A stretch of 56,955 nucleotides of DNA, counting the filler, from Platydemus manokwari (lineage: Eukaryota), in assembly GCA_037951405.1 (NCBI GenBank). It is 5 parts of 5 records of this genome, joined end to end, with 100 filler letters (N's around TTAATTAATTAA, not from the genome) between each part and the next. Parts side by side here need not be neighbours in the genome. Positions count along the whole stretch, not along the records: positions 30,242 to 47,373 come from JBBMOY011119218.1; positions 47,474 to 56,955 come from JBBMOY011242874.1; 3 more parts are not named here. One strand, 5' to 3'. Position 1 is the first letter of the stretch. Each line of letters opens with the position of its first letter. Below, piece after piece: positions 39,401-53,310 of the stretch. Both the position numbers and the translations under genes were made by a program. The notes beneath the pieces were generated by a model. That model worked only from the letters and a program-made list of their open reading frames with translations. It was not told the origin of the DNA and did no database searches.

Positions 39401-42400
39401 CGAAGTTTGGGGTTATTTATGTACGTATCGACTCTTACAATTAAGTGAAATATAAATTGCAATCTTAAATTCTTTTGGACCCAATAAAATGTTTGCAAGT
39501 GGCCAAAAAATCAAAAATATAGCCCTAATTTTTAAATACCGATACGATGAAAAAGTAGTTGAAAAATAGAGAAAATAAATATATGATACCTTTAACAATA
39601 ATTAAATTAATAACAGTAACATTAATAAATAACCTAACAAATAATAATTGTAATAATATTAATATTAATAATAATAACAGTAATAATAAAATCTTTATAA
39701 AACTCTTTAATTACTAACTGGGATACCTTAGTGATCAAAATGATGAATTCTATTGAATACAAATCTATGATTATTGTTGCGTTTGAAAATACGTGAAGAT
39801 AAAAATACATTTATCTCAAAGCTCTAATTTAACACAATATCTAATACGATAAAATTTTATAAGTCCAACTATTTTCAACTTCATTTTAAACTTTTAAAAT
39901 AAATCGTTTTCGCGAAATTAGTAGTGATAATAAAAGCCTTTATGAATATAAAATGTACTACAATCAAAGCTTTATCATAGCCGTGATTTTGTGCTGGTTG
40001 CTATCAAGTATTCTTATTGGCTATTTGAAATGAAATTTTATACCACAAATTTTCAAATTACTTGATGTGTTTCTCGAAACACAAGTGTTAAACTATAATT
40101 GAAAAATCATTTTAAGATCAACAATTAGGAATTATCTGCCTTTGACTGTAAATAGAGAAATTTTCAAGTTAAAGCAGAAAAATTAAGGCAAAGACGTGTA
40201 ACAAAACATTAAATTAGTCCAATAGAAATTAGACGAAAATTAAATGTCAATGATAAGTTCGACCTGTTAAAGTTGTTGCTTTAATCAGTATCAATTTGGT
40301 AATATCAAACCTTACTAAATAGACATCTAGTTAACTAAATTTACGACAATCCAGAAACAAGCATAAAACTTTTGTCTTCATAATCATAGAAAAAAGAATA
40401 ATTAAAAACCAAAACGAATGAAATGACAAAATTTCGTAAAAAAAAATATTCGGAGCCGCAAAAATTGAAAACTTGAAATGGCCTCAATGAAACATTAAAA
40501 TAGTTTAATTATTTTTACATTTTAATTTTAAATGTAAACCAGGTAGACATGCATTGGTAGACATATTAAATTATGATGAGAGGCAAAGCGTCTCATATGT
40601 ATTATCGGTTGCAAATAATGTTGGGTCAATGTTGTATCAAATTACACTAGAAATGCGTGAACGAAGAGAAAACGCAAAAATAGAACTCACAAACAGAATT
40701 AAAAAATTAAGAATTAAAAATGTTTATGAAGCAAAATTTTAGGATTAATTGTTAATATTATTAATAATATATCAGTATTAATATTAATATTATAATGATG
40801 ATGTAATAAAAATCAGATTATTTGTAAGGATTTTCAATTTATTCTAAATAATTTATATAATAAAGGAATATTTGTCAAAAATCGAAGAAAACTCATTTGT
40901 TTGAATATTGTAACCAAAATAGTTGTTTGGTCAAATTTTTAACCAATTAAATGGCCTAAGTTAAGAAAAATAGTCCTTTGACATAATTTTAATGCAATGA
41001 TTTTTCGTGTATCATTTAATTTTAAAATTTATTTACAATGATATTTTTATGATATTTTGCTGAAAAAGAATAAAACAGTTGTATTCTATCAGAAAAACCA
41101 CAATTTCAAGTTCATATTGATTCAATATTTTCAGCATGATATTCATCTTGCAACTTTTCCAATAGGATTGTCAGAACTAGATTTTTAAATTGAAAGGAGA
41201 AGAAATCATTAAATTTTACTTAACAATAAAATTTTTAAATATTTAGTTTTATTGTTGATGTTTTTTATCATTTTGTGAGTGTTGATTTATCGACATATTT
41301 CAGTTGATAGTTCACATTTTACGATGAAGAACAGAAACTAAACAGAATCGTTAAACCAAGTTCCTATTTTAATCACAACACTCTTATATGAATTTTTTGA
41401 TTTTCAAAATTTTTTGTACCTATAAATAGATTTATTAAGCTTATGACATGTTTAATAATCTGATATTACTTATGTTTATGAAATGCTTGTACAAATTTAG
41501 AGTACCTCTCAATTTGCTTCTAATATTTAATAGACTCCAGAGGTGGCCAACTTTTGTGTACGTAAGATCGACTTTTCATTTGAATAACATCTCACGCGAC
41601 CGATATGGCCACCCCTGTAATAGAGGATCCTAACTAATTTTCAATAAATTGCAATTCGACCTATTTCGATGCTTCTTTTCAAATAATCAAATTTTAGGAT
41701 ATTTTAAAGCTCCGGTGTGTTTAATATTTGATTTCAAACAATTAAAATCCTTCTTAAGTACTTAAATAAAAAATTCAAAATGTTTTTAAAGAATATAATT
41801 AAATAAGCTATATCGATTTTTCAATACACTCAACAAATCTAAAATTCCATTTTAGGTGCCTTTTTTAACTTTAGCCCATTTTATAAATAAAAATGTATTA
41901 TTTTCGAAATGATATTTCAATAAATTTCATTTATAATCATACCGCAACAACTGATCGATTTTCACTTAATATAACAAGGATATTAATTAATAATCTTTTC
42001 AATTCAAAGTCTTCGTGATTGAGTGCCAACTTCAGATTTTTGACCAAAGGATTGTGGCTTTTAACTAGGAAAACGAATCAATGAGAATCGATTATATAAA
42101 TGTTGAAACCTTCTTGAAATGTTGCAAGTAAAGTTAATTGTTTAGCAAATCCCGTTTCCACAAATGGCGCATGGGGATTCAAGCTCGCTAATAATGTTAC
42201 CAGAACTAAAATATCGTTCCTCAATTGTCTGTCATGTGACGAATATCCTTTCGATAATTGGCCAATGAATGAATCGCGTAGCCAACTTATAAATTCCTTG
42301 AGAAGAATAAATTTCCAACTTACAAAAATTATGGAAAATTTAATTACAATAGTGCTTAACTGTTCAGCGAGCATTGATTTATCACCGTTTTCCAATAAAT

Positions 42401-44969
42401 TCCACAATATATTCACAGAACGAAAGAGAAGATTTTTCGAACATTCAAAATTTCCAACCAATTGTAATAAATTATTGGCACAGTTGACTTTGATAATTTT
42501 ATTGCAGCAATCATCTGGATAAGATATATTGATATTATTATCATCATATATAACTTTTATTTTCGTTTGACGTGCTCATAAAACTTTCAGTCTATTTTTT
42601 GAGTTAATTTTAAAAATAAATAAATACATTTATCTACTTTCAATTATAAATATTATAAAAATATTAAAATTTTGAATTTAATTTTTTTATAGATTATTAT
42701 AAAATGTTGTGAAATCAGTTCTGGTATACCTGTTAAAAAAATATTTGAAGCTGGTAAATTTTTTTCACCATAAAACTTTGAGTAAAAAGGATTAAATTTC
42801 GTATGCAGGATTAAGTTCATCATAGTTGCATTTTTACATAAATATATCGAAATTAAATTGAAACCAAATATTTAATAAGTTATTAAATCAATATATTACA
42901 GACTAAGAGTATATTTAAAATGAATTAGCTTAAGGAACATGTAAGTCTCGACTGAAAATTTTAATCCATTAAATATACCTGAATTTTTGGTTAACAACTC
43001 CAGTAGATTCAAAACAGCTATTTTCAATTCAATCGAATCTCCAATAATAGCCAGCGACTATGATAATAGATATATTAATGACAGCAAAATATAACAGTAA
43101 TCAATAACGACGGTAATTATGTACCTGGATCAATATTTCCGCCACATCACTCTCTTCAACGATTGATTTCGTATAACTCAAATCGTTGGGAACCAGATCT
43201 AAACATCAAATATATTTGTTTATTTATAAATATTATAATAATTCGATTCAAATGGTAAACAAGTCATAATCGAAACCTATGAAATTTTCAAACCAGTTAC
43301 CAGATATGACAACGTATTGTTGATTGGCCAATCAAAAGCTCCAAATAAATTAACAAATTTAATCGAATTCAGTTGATGAATCAATCACTAGCACGATATC
43401 AGTCAAACTGTGTGTCATCAATTTGCTTTCATGTATTTGAAAAAATCAATAAAAATATTCGAATCAGCATTTCCATCGTAATTCGTCCGCACGATCAATC
43501 CATTACACTGATATAAATGAGTATCTATTTCTCTCTATTGGAAATAAAGAATGATTTCATTGCCATTACAAAAATTATTGATTTATTCTCACTCATATTA
43601 ATCGAGTATATTAAATTTTGTTGGTGTTTGTAATGGTTTGTAAGTCGAGATGTCAAAAAGTTTCTTCCACAATATTCGCCAATAAAGATTATGCAACAGA
43701 AAAAGACATCACAGTGGATTTATGTACATCTCCCATTGAAATACTATTGATTTTATTTTCATTATTTCAATATTAAAAGTACAAATCAAAAAGATTCATT
43801 AAAACAAAATAAAAATAAAATTGATGGATAGGATATTAAAGACCAAGTTTCATTCGGCTATTATTGACATCGTAATTTTTCTACTTTCAAATGTAAATAG
43901 TATAGAAATATTGAAATTAATAATAAGCTTTTTTATTGGATAATTATAAGTGTGTCAAATTTGAAAAATAAAGTTGAAAAAAAAGTTTAAAAGCCATATA
44001 ACAAATTGAAAGCATTACCGTTAATTTTCTCCGTTGCTGGAGCTTGGCTGTAGAGATCGTAAAGAGATTTGCACACTTGTAACCTTATATCAAGGTTGTC
44101 CAGCCGAAATGTGTAGCCTAAATAAACGATTAGTTACCCAAAACCAACGAGACATTTATAATATTCTACCCAGCTGAGATATGAGATCGATGTAGATCTT
44201 TCTATAAATCACTTTATCCGATGATTTTTCTTTCAGAAATGGTTTGGAGCAGATTTGCAAAATTTCGATTATCGGTTGCAGATATATTTTAGGCAGCAAT
44301 GAACTGCGATCGACACATACATTCAGTAATTTGCTGACATTGAGCGAATCTTTCATCGACTTAAATTTTATCTCAGATAAAATCTTTGATTTTTATGTTA
44401 AGAACTTACAAATCCGAGTTGCGAGTATTTAAAAAGCTTTCTCAAAGCTATGGCATGTCGTTCGTAAAGTATCGACTAACAAATAAATCAATGATATGCA
44501 TTGGGAAAAATGATTTATCTCTACTCACCGAATGGGGTTGGCTTAATAAACGAATTATCTTCTCTAAATCCACGGATTTTATTGACTCCTTTTAAGATAA
44601 TTTCAAACAAATATCATACACCAACTTTTCAGTGTTATTTTAAGATTATTAATTTACTATAGAAAAGAAATTTGTTTATTATTGATATTTATATTGATAT
44701 TTATTGAATTTTATTTCAGTTTAATAAGTTTTTAATATTAAAATCAATAGATATTCAAATTATAATATTAACAATTAATATTCAAAAAATCGATGAAATT
44801 AATTATAGAAATTCAATTACAAATTTACTTTATTCTCAGAATCGTCTCGGAAAAGTTGATAATGCACAACGGGAATAGATTTTTGCGTGCTAGCATAATC
44901 ATTAAAAACTATATCTTTAGACAAGAAATTAGATTTTTGACGATTTTCCATGTTGTCAATTATCTCCAT
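36416..44969 (-). CDS. CFAP69: Cilia- and flagella-associated protein 69, multi-exon, apparently complete
   Basis: ATG at 44969. Exons encode IPVV, VDLEKIIRLL, KPFLKEKSSD, LLFRSVNILWNLLE, DRQLRNDILVL, VKSHNPLVKNLKL...EDFELK, EELQL.ALS.L, GNSFHGAGGRGNKLAQMR, ILGCLVDLSEN and SESLRANIYSLL. Stop at 36416-36418. Confidence 0.93.
40951..41880. mobile_element. Probable long-TIR (foldback/MITE-like) element in a CFAP69 intron
   Basis: Left end ATGGCCTAAGTTAAGAAAA resembles the reverse complement of the right end (ATGGGCTAAAGTTAAAAAA). Arms are related to 34650-35010 and 3670-4020. No TSD seen. Confidence 0.45.
41538..41617. mobile_element. 80-bp hAT-type MITE
   Basis: TIRs CAGAGGTGGCCA / TGGCCACCCCTG (11/12). 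Near 8-bp duplication TAATAGAC..TAATAGAG, the left copy offset by 2 nt. Absent from the homologous site near 34750. Confidence 0.75.
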
Positions 44970-45619
44970 GTTGAGTTACAATGCAAAAATGTTAAAATTG
45001 TACTTACAAAACACAGTTCAAATCAATATTCAAATACCAATGAAAAATTGCCATGACAAACATATTATTAAAACAATGAAATAATTTGTTATGAATTAGT
45101 TATGTAACGAAAAATTATTTGATATTTTTTCCGATTTTTAAAATATTTAACATCAATCGATTTTTAATTGAAATTCAATTTATATTTTGTGCAGTGACGA
45201 TAAATGATGATCATTTTTAATTTTCTACTTATTGTAATATCTGGAAAAACCCACGGAATCATAAATAAATTAAACGATAAAAGTGCGACCAAATAAATAG
45301 ACAGAACAATAAATCTCAGAAACCAAGTCATAGAATATGGATACAACAAATTTTCCATCAAAAAAAGCCTTGTAATATTATTTTTTCAAGGGTTTCGAAT
45401 TTAAGATTTTGTTGGGATAGACAATATAATAAAACAATATAATAATATCAATAATATAATTTATCTTATTATTATTTGTTGTAGTTCTACACAGCACCTT
45501 TACATTGATTGTATAATATTATTTCTAAAATAATAGAACACTTATATTGATCTTATCAATCAAACACATTGTAACACCAACAATTTGTTAGTTTCGTTCA
45601 GTGCCCTTTATTGATATAA

Positions 45620-46250
45620 TCATACGTCTCGGGCTCTAAAACTAAAATAAAACAACAAAACACAATATAATTTTTACTCACATATTTATACTCATTGATA
45701 TTAACTATTATTCATTGATTAATGTACTTTATTTCTTATTTTTTATTAATCAGTTGCACTATTACAATATGGGGGAAGTAGCTGGTGATGTCAAATTTCG
45801 GTTGCCGATAAAATGTATATAGTTAGCCATGCAATAGCGTACCATGGTAGTGCCAAAGCTTGCCAAGAATTTCAACATTTTAATAGGGCACCACCAGCTA
45901 AGATAACAGGGCAATACTGGAAACAAAAGTTCGAAAAAATTGGAAACTTATTCACTAGGTTGCGATCAGGAGTACCTTAGGATGAAACATAATATTGAAC
46001 TTTTGTGGAGCTACGCAATCCATAACATTTATACAACGCTCAACTTGAATTTATAAAAATCAATCAAGAAGTCGTCAGGAAACGATGCAATATCTGTTTG
46101 GAGCAAGATGATGAACATTTTGAACAGTTTCTATGAAATTGCTTATTACCGTTATTTGTTCTTACTGTTATTGTGTTTTGTTGTGCATTAAAGTAACTCA
46201 ATACATCTAGTTTGTTTTTACTGTTGTTTTATTTTAGTCTTAGAGACGGT
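45620..46250 (+). mobile_element. Internally deleted Tc1/mariner-superfamily element (Tc3/DD41D-like)
   Basis: N-terminal HTH-like RAPPAKITGQYWKQKFEKIGNL..RLRSGVP lies next to C-terminal RCNICLEQDDEHFEQFL*, with the catalytic core missing. Inverted subterminal repeats CGTCTC..CTAAAATAAAA at ~45625 and ~46245. Confidence 0.75.
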
Positions 46251-47373
46251 GGCTTGTGAATCGCACGGGATTTGTTGATTTTGGTGCATTAGTGATGATC
46301 AAGGAGTTTTTCTTATTTTAATTAAAATTTTAATCTCTTTTAAAGACTAGTTTTAATCGATATTATCTGTGAATAGTGAACAGCAAAAGGTTATTGAACA
46401 ATATGTTTCTTAAAATAATCTGAAAATTAAACAACATGGACTCTTATTGTCATGTGCAGACTACTAGTCACTGTAATGTGTCACTCAGAGTAATAACAGC
46501 TAATTAAATGTAGAAGAATATGTCTGAGGATTTTGACAAAAATCCGTTATCTAATTTTAGGAATTCAGCATCAGATCACTTTTGTGAAAATCAACGATAA
46601 AGATTACAACGTATAAGATTTCTTTCCTGATATGCTTACTCTAAGATAACAGTAAACTCTCATTATGATTATGGTTAGGCTTATATAGCAAATATAATGT
46701 TCGGCAATTATATTTTAATATTTATGTTATCGTTGTCCTATGTTTCCATTGCAAGTTCTTTGAAAGATTTAAAAATTAGCTAAAAATTCAACACGATTTC
46801 ACTCTTGAGAAAGTATGATTTGATCATCTGTTACAATTTTAAGCACAACTTATCGTTAATCATTTTGTTAAATGAATTATTATTGTTTTATTACATGTTC
46901 ATAATCACTATGACTTTTAAAATATTTTGGCTTGGAAATTTAGACAGAAATCTCTTCTCATGACAATATCTCTTCTCAATAATCATTATCTTTCGTATTA
47001 AGGAAAGACTATATATAGTATTGAATGAATTTTGATATTATGGTTGTTGTTGATTTTGTTGGGCTGTGGTAATTTAATTAATTGAATAAAAATTAATCGC
47101 TTTATCCTAAAGGCACTAGTTCTGATGGGGGCTTCAACACCTGGTATCGAAGACCAAGATGTCGGCAGTTGATTTTAATATATTAGACTGAAGCACAGAG
47201 ATCGAATTGAGTCTCTGAGCCTGTAAAAATGAAATTTAATTAATATTGATAAACACGGTTGTACTATAGAATAAGACAACGCAATGGATTATCAAGTTTT
47301 ATTTACGCACGAAATTGCTACACTGATTTTAATGGTACAAACAATTGGCAAAATGTCCCGTACCTCGCCTCAG

Positions 47374-47473
47374 NNNNNNNNNNNNNNNNNNNNNNNNNNN
47401 NNNNNNNNNNNNNNNNNTTAATTAATTAANNNNNNNNNNNNNNNNNNNNNNNNNNNNNNNNNNNNNNNNNNNN
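47374..47473. other. Artificial contig linker
   Basis: 44N-TTAATTAATTAA-44N. Confidence 0.97.
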
Positions 47474-47997
47474 AACAATAATAATTGGGAAAACGCCTTA
47501 ATGTATACTAATTAAGACCGGGTTAAACATCTTGTCGACCAGTATATATTCATTACAGAGAAAATGAAACCAAAGAAATGAAACCAAAATATAATGAAAT
47601 AATTATTTTTATTTTAATAAATATAAAATATGAGAATATCACTATTAATTGACAAACATTGCGTCCTAGAAGATATACAACAGGTACCATAGCATATGAT
47701 GATATTTATATCTAATAAGCACTAGCACTAAAATAAAATGATTTCAAACTTTTACAAAAATCAAAAACGTCATCAGATTTATAAAAATCGCTGCCATTGT
47801 TTAACCGGATACAAAAAGCCTATGGAAAAATTGCAAGCTATTTTTTGTGCTGAAAGTGCAAAAATGATTATCGGTAAATCCTTATCTTACTTGTAGGCGG
47901 CTTTTCAAGATTGTTATATAAACAACCGTCTCTTATAAAAGAAAAAAAATAATTATAAATATAATAGCTACACGAATTTTGAATAGAAGTGACTTAC

Positions 47998-50900
47998 CTG
48001 AATATTATTGAGTCTAAATCGAAAGGATATTCAATTATTCCAGTGGTTGGAACTCTCACACGAAGAATATCCTGTAACGTCGGCAAATAATCAGGAGTAA
48101 CAATTCTATCCAAATCGTCAAGGTAACTGAAATAATGAAACACCAATATAAGCAATTTTGAAATTCAACTTAAAGATTACGCATAATAATTCCATTATAT
48201 TTCAATTTATATTATCATTTACACAAAATAAATTTATAGCACTGCTAATATATAAAATGTGGAGGGTTTAATCTAAAAAATACGTCAGTGATGGTCCAAC
48301 GTTGCTTATTTTATTTTAATATAGGGATGTAGGTTGGAAAATAATTATTATAAAAGAATATCCTCACACATATTCATTAGATTATAATTTTATAAATAAT
48401 CTATGAATATTTTTAAATTCTGGGGGTATAGAGACAAAGCACAAATACCAAACTTGGGATCAGTTCATAAGGAAAATGTGGCAAATAATTAAATCACCAG
48501 TATTTGTTAATAATCCAAATCGCACACGGAAAGAGAAGCATCTGAATTCAGATAAACAATATATATGTTGATAATTCTAATAACTATTCCCATAATTTAT
48601 TTCATGGCATGAATTGCAGTCTGCTTATTTAGAGATCGAGAAATAATAAAGTGCAGAGAAATCTTTTGATTTTACAAAGGCTAATTATACAAAAGAAAAT
48701 ATAGATATTTTCGAATCTGACAAAATATATCGTTATTAATATCGCATGTTCGTAGAAAGTACATTTGTCAAATCGAAAAAGTAATTTCTAATTGTCAAAA
48801 TCGGAATCAATTCTGATATTTTCAGAAAGAAAATTTTTAAAAAATCAATTGTATTTACCTAATTAATTTTATTAACTGTTCATAAGGAAAATTGTAGCTG
48901 TGATTTCGATTTGATGAAATTATTTGATTCGATCAATTCTAAAGTTGCTATTATTTTCAAAACCAAGTATTGCTAACGAACTGAAAAATCACGACACCAA
49001 ATTTAAATACGATCATATAAATAAATTAATATAATTTTATATAAAATTGGAATTTAAGCTCTAAAAATTTAAATAATTTAAAAATTCTCACATCTTCTTT
49101 TTTAAAAAAATCTTCGATTTTCTTTATATTCTTAGTTGACTTTGTATCGAATATTCTATTTAGTTATCTACATAAATTTTTACAGACTTTGAATTTCATA
49201 TAAATAAGGAAATACAAATGTAATCGATATCAGAATAAAACCACTGATAACAATTAAATTCCTAATATTAGAGAGCGTCTCTCTTTAGCTGTGATTATCG
49301 TTTTATCATAATTTTAATAGATCACAACAATTTCAAAACTGGATTGAACAGAATAATAAATCGCTTTGCGAAATGTAATCGAAAAATAAAATTGAAATTG
49401 TAATAAATGTCGAAAGAACAAAACGATATTATGACTTAAAAAATAAAATGAAAATAAATTAAATTTTGAGTCTATAAAAGTAAAATTAAATCACTGATCG
49501 ATAGCATATTTTTGTTTACTGATATTTTTATAATAATTCCACAATGTTTACTCTAGATATCGATCTATTCTTATAAATAAACACCGTTAATAAAAGTGTG
49601 AATAAGAAATATCGCGTAACAAGGTTATATCAGGGAAATTTTTGAACTTGACGAATTTTTTAAATTGTAAAAAAATATTCGATAATAAAATTCAAAAATT
49701 TTTACTCGGTTTACAAAACTTTCAATTTTTATTTTAAATTAGCACTGATTTGTTGATTTTTTACTTCGTTGCAAACCGTATAACTTATAAAACATCTTTG
49801 AAATTATAATAGATTTTTAATAAGCAACTAAGTTACAATAATGTTAGGTATATCACAAATCAGTCAAAAGAGCCACAAGAACCAAGGAAAACCCTAAAAT
49901 GGGTAAATACACAAAAACCCGATAAACATACGTGCCTTTAACTAATCAGATTTGTTCTAATATTAATCCATATTTAGAAGCTAAGAATCGACAAGCACTT
50001 GCCTACAAACAGTAGCAAGCTCAAATATCCACCAATAACATGAGAGGAAAATCTCAAGTAAATCGATCCACAAACAAATTCACCAAATTGAAAACGAAGA
50101 TCTGCGATATCAAGTAGACAAGTCCAATGGGTTAAATTCCATGGATTCATGCCAGTCTGCTTTTAACTTTCTGGCGCTGATCCAATCTTGAATGATTTTC
50201 TTTGTGAATTGCGTAAAGATTTGTTATTGTTATTATTGAGAATTCGAGTGTATTATTTTGGTTAATACAGATTTGTATAATCAAATTGTTGTGAATAACC
50301 CAACAATAACAATAGATATCTGAAATTGTAAATAGCACATCAACTCACAAATAAAATTCAAAAAACAATCTCGGTGGCACCAAAATTGGATGCTAGTCAC
50401 CACAATTGGATTGCACATAGATTTCTTATCCACATACGGAAACCATCAACCAAAACCTATATAATCAATTTTAAAGTCGACCTGAGGGATTACCCCAGCA
50501 CGTCGTGTAGAAATCTTTGTATGTATAATAAGCATCGATTAATATTATGAAGTTTAATTAGCAGGTAGTTAGATCAAATTATAGAAAGATTGATTCGGAA
50601 TCCTATTCTATACTGATGAATAGAAAACACTACGAAACATGTGTGCATTGTTAATGATTCGATCAGCAATTATCGTATAACCATTGTACAGACACAAACC
50701 GGAGAAATTATTTCTGTACAATATTTTCATTACATAATTCAAAAATGGGCACTCAATTATTATTTTTACTTATTCAGATAATAAATCTATTTCTAAAAAT
50801 GAAAACATTTTACCGAGATACGTTGAAATCACACTAACATTTTGATTAAAAATTTGAATACATCCACCTGAAGAAATATGAAAATATTGTTCATCTCCCC

Positions 50901-53173
50901 CAAACATGAACTTGATTAGCTGAAAATCTATTACCAATTCAAAATATATACTTAACGGAAAACAATAACGTCTTCATTAATCGAAGAGAATTGTATTATA
51001 TTTTAAATGAAATACATAAAGATCTTATCAAATAAATTATACTTCCATCTGTATAAGTATGAAACCAGTGGAAACTTGAAGTTTTCGTAAGCCGACTGTC
51101 ACAAGTAGAATCATGTTCAATTCACATGTTCATCTGTCAAAGTGAAATTCATTACGAAAACTAAACACCGATTATTAGTGGTTAGGAATTTATTGATTGA
51201 AATTGTGAATTTAAATTGTTTGATAGAGAAATATATTATTAGCGAAATGTTATGGGATGATTGTTTATGTATGCATATGTATGCATTAGACTTGGTAAAT
51301 AAATCATTTCTAGGTTTTATTCGATAATAAAAACTTCGGAGTTGATTTTATTTGATAGAATAGTACAAATGTATCATGACATCATGGAATTTATACATAA
51401 TATTTACATCAATAATCGATCAGGTATTAATGCAAGAGTTGACAAATGATGTGACAACATTTGGGTTCTTTGAGAAGTTTTGATAAAATAATATTTTGGG
51501 TAATTTTTTATGCCTCTCTAAAATTGTCAGGTTGTCATTAAAAAACTTATAGAATCTATTATTTATAAAAACCGAGTTAGCAATGTCCATGTGATTTACA
51601 AATCAATCCAATTTCGAAACATAGCGAACGATATCATTGTATATATTTATGGAGTTTTATATTCATGGAGTTTTAATATAAATCACATTAAGGACCAACT
51701 GGGAAGGTTATTCGAAACTGAAAACAATTTCATAAAATTTTATTTTATAATAAATCTTTAAAAGTTTGTGGATGCCTCATGGAGTTACGAATTCGAATTC
51801 CATTCGGCTATTGAGCTATAGTACTATCTAAACAATATATTGGAGGACTACTTGTAGGAATTATCGATGGTTCGACCATCAAAAAATCATAATTATGATT
51901 TATAATTTAATGGTACTAGTTTAACAATAATATTTCCAAAATCTCATATATTCGTGTTGTTCACATATTTTCAAATACTTAATCGATAAACATGTCTTCA
52001 TAAACGCGCCAATGATTGAACATTTATTGTGCCATGACATGTAAATACGTTACCTATTAATATCTAACAGTTCTTATAATCCAGGTAATCAACGCAAAGA
52101 CCTCATGACAAACGATGAAATGTAAACATTTAGTTATCAACATTTTAAGACAAAGTTTTATTTATTTTCTTATAAGCTGGAATCAATTTTTGATTTAACT
52201 TCTCTAACAAGATTCGATTTGGTCTCCGAGAGGCAATTAAATTGTAAACCATCATGGAATATAAATATCATTTTATAACTGGATTCACATATTCATGTCT
52301 AATTTTTCATTATCAAGCTTGAATACCTTCAGAAAATATAAAAAATAAAATAAAATTACAACATGTCCTAGGCACACTCAAACCAACTTCAAACTTATTA
52401 CGCTTCTCAATTTTAAAATGCACGAAGAAGAATTGTTAAAAAATTGTGCGATATTTTAAATGAATTAAATTTTTAATTCTAATTTGATATAAAATCATAT
52501 TCATATAAAATTGAATTTGTTTAAACTTTTGTATTTAAATAGATTTTTAGTGCCTTGACTTTCCAGTTCGTTTTTAATGTGTGGTTTTTAAAATAGTAGC
52601 GGCTAACAAAAATAAAATTGATAATTCTGTTTTTCTCAATTTAATATTTGAAATCTTTGTATCCAAGTAGAAAATGTTATTAGTTTGTCAAATGGCTTTA
52701 ATCAGGTTAAACGTGACTGCTACAATAAAACGTATTTGATACACTTACAGATTTGAAATTAATCCAATAATGAGTAGGAAAATAAATTTCAATTATAGAT
52801 TAGCAAGAATTTTTAATCAACTAGTGATGGAAATATCGATTTTCACAGAATACGTGATTTTCCACATTTTCAAAACAATTATTTATAGATACAACCATAT
52901 ACATATAATCATATGATTAGCATTCGAATATAACCAAATAAATAAATTAAAACCTTCCGTATTAATAATATAAATTTTGACAAAAAATAACTCATTATCA
53001 AATATATTTATCATTTACTATTTAGCGGAATCCGTTAGTTGATACTCTCGACGTCTATCGTAACATTCTTTGACACCGGCATCATTCCATAAAGACCGCG
53101 TTGCAATAATATGGTTTGACTCAAATGTGGTCACTGTTTCATAATCGATATCTCGAAGATCTTTTGCATACTC
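47998..53173 (-). CDS. GNAQ: Heterotrimeric G protein alpha-q subunit, two internal exons (53019-53173 and 47998-48126)
   Basis: [10 protein letters not shown]...[25 protein letters not shown]|[41 protein letters not shown]. Exon sizes of 155 and 129 nt match the conserved G-alpha-q structure. Other exons were not found in the window. Confidence 0.95.
48938..49092 (-). mobile_element. Degenerate solo LTR of the TRIM family, inverted
   Basis: Reverse complement starts TGTGAGAATTTT and contains TTTGGTGTCG..TTTTTCAGTTCG like the other copies. Confidence 0.7.
52445..52608 (+). mobile_element. Solo LTR of the TRIM family
   Basis: TGTGCG...GGCTAACA with a perfect 5-bp TSD AAAAT. Confidence 0.88.
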
Positions 53174-53265
53174 CTGTTTAATAAAATTCCACATAATTCA
53201 ATAAAGATCTTTAAATTAAGAATAAACAATATCTTTTCGATTATATTATAAAAATTATTTTTAAA

Positions 53266-53310
<45 letters not shown>
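53266..53310. repeat. (ATT)n microsatellite
   Basis: About 15 consecutive ATT units. Confidence 0.95.

Noticed and set aside
40554-40742. Antisense ORF nested in a CFAP69 intron
   Set aside because: Short, with a non-ATG start and no motif or exon chain.
47100-47222. Acceptor-flanked segment as the next G-alpha-q exon
   Set aside because: No frame gives MVDVGGQ, and it lies on a different contig.
49840-50420. PBS-like TGGTGCCACCGAG on the minus strand suggesting an LTR element
   Set aside because: No LTR pair, TSD or coding remnant could be identified.
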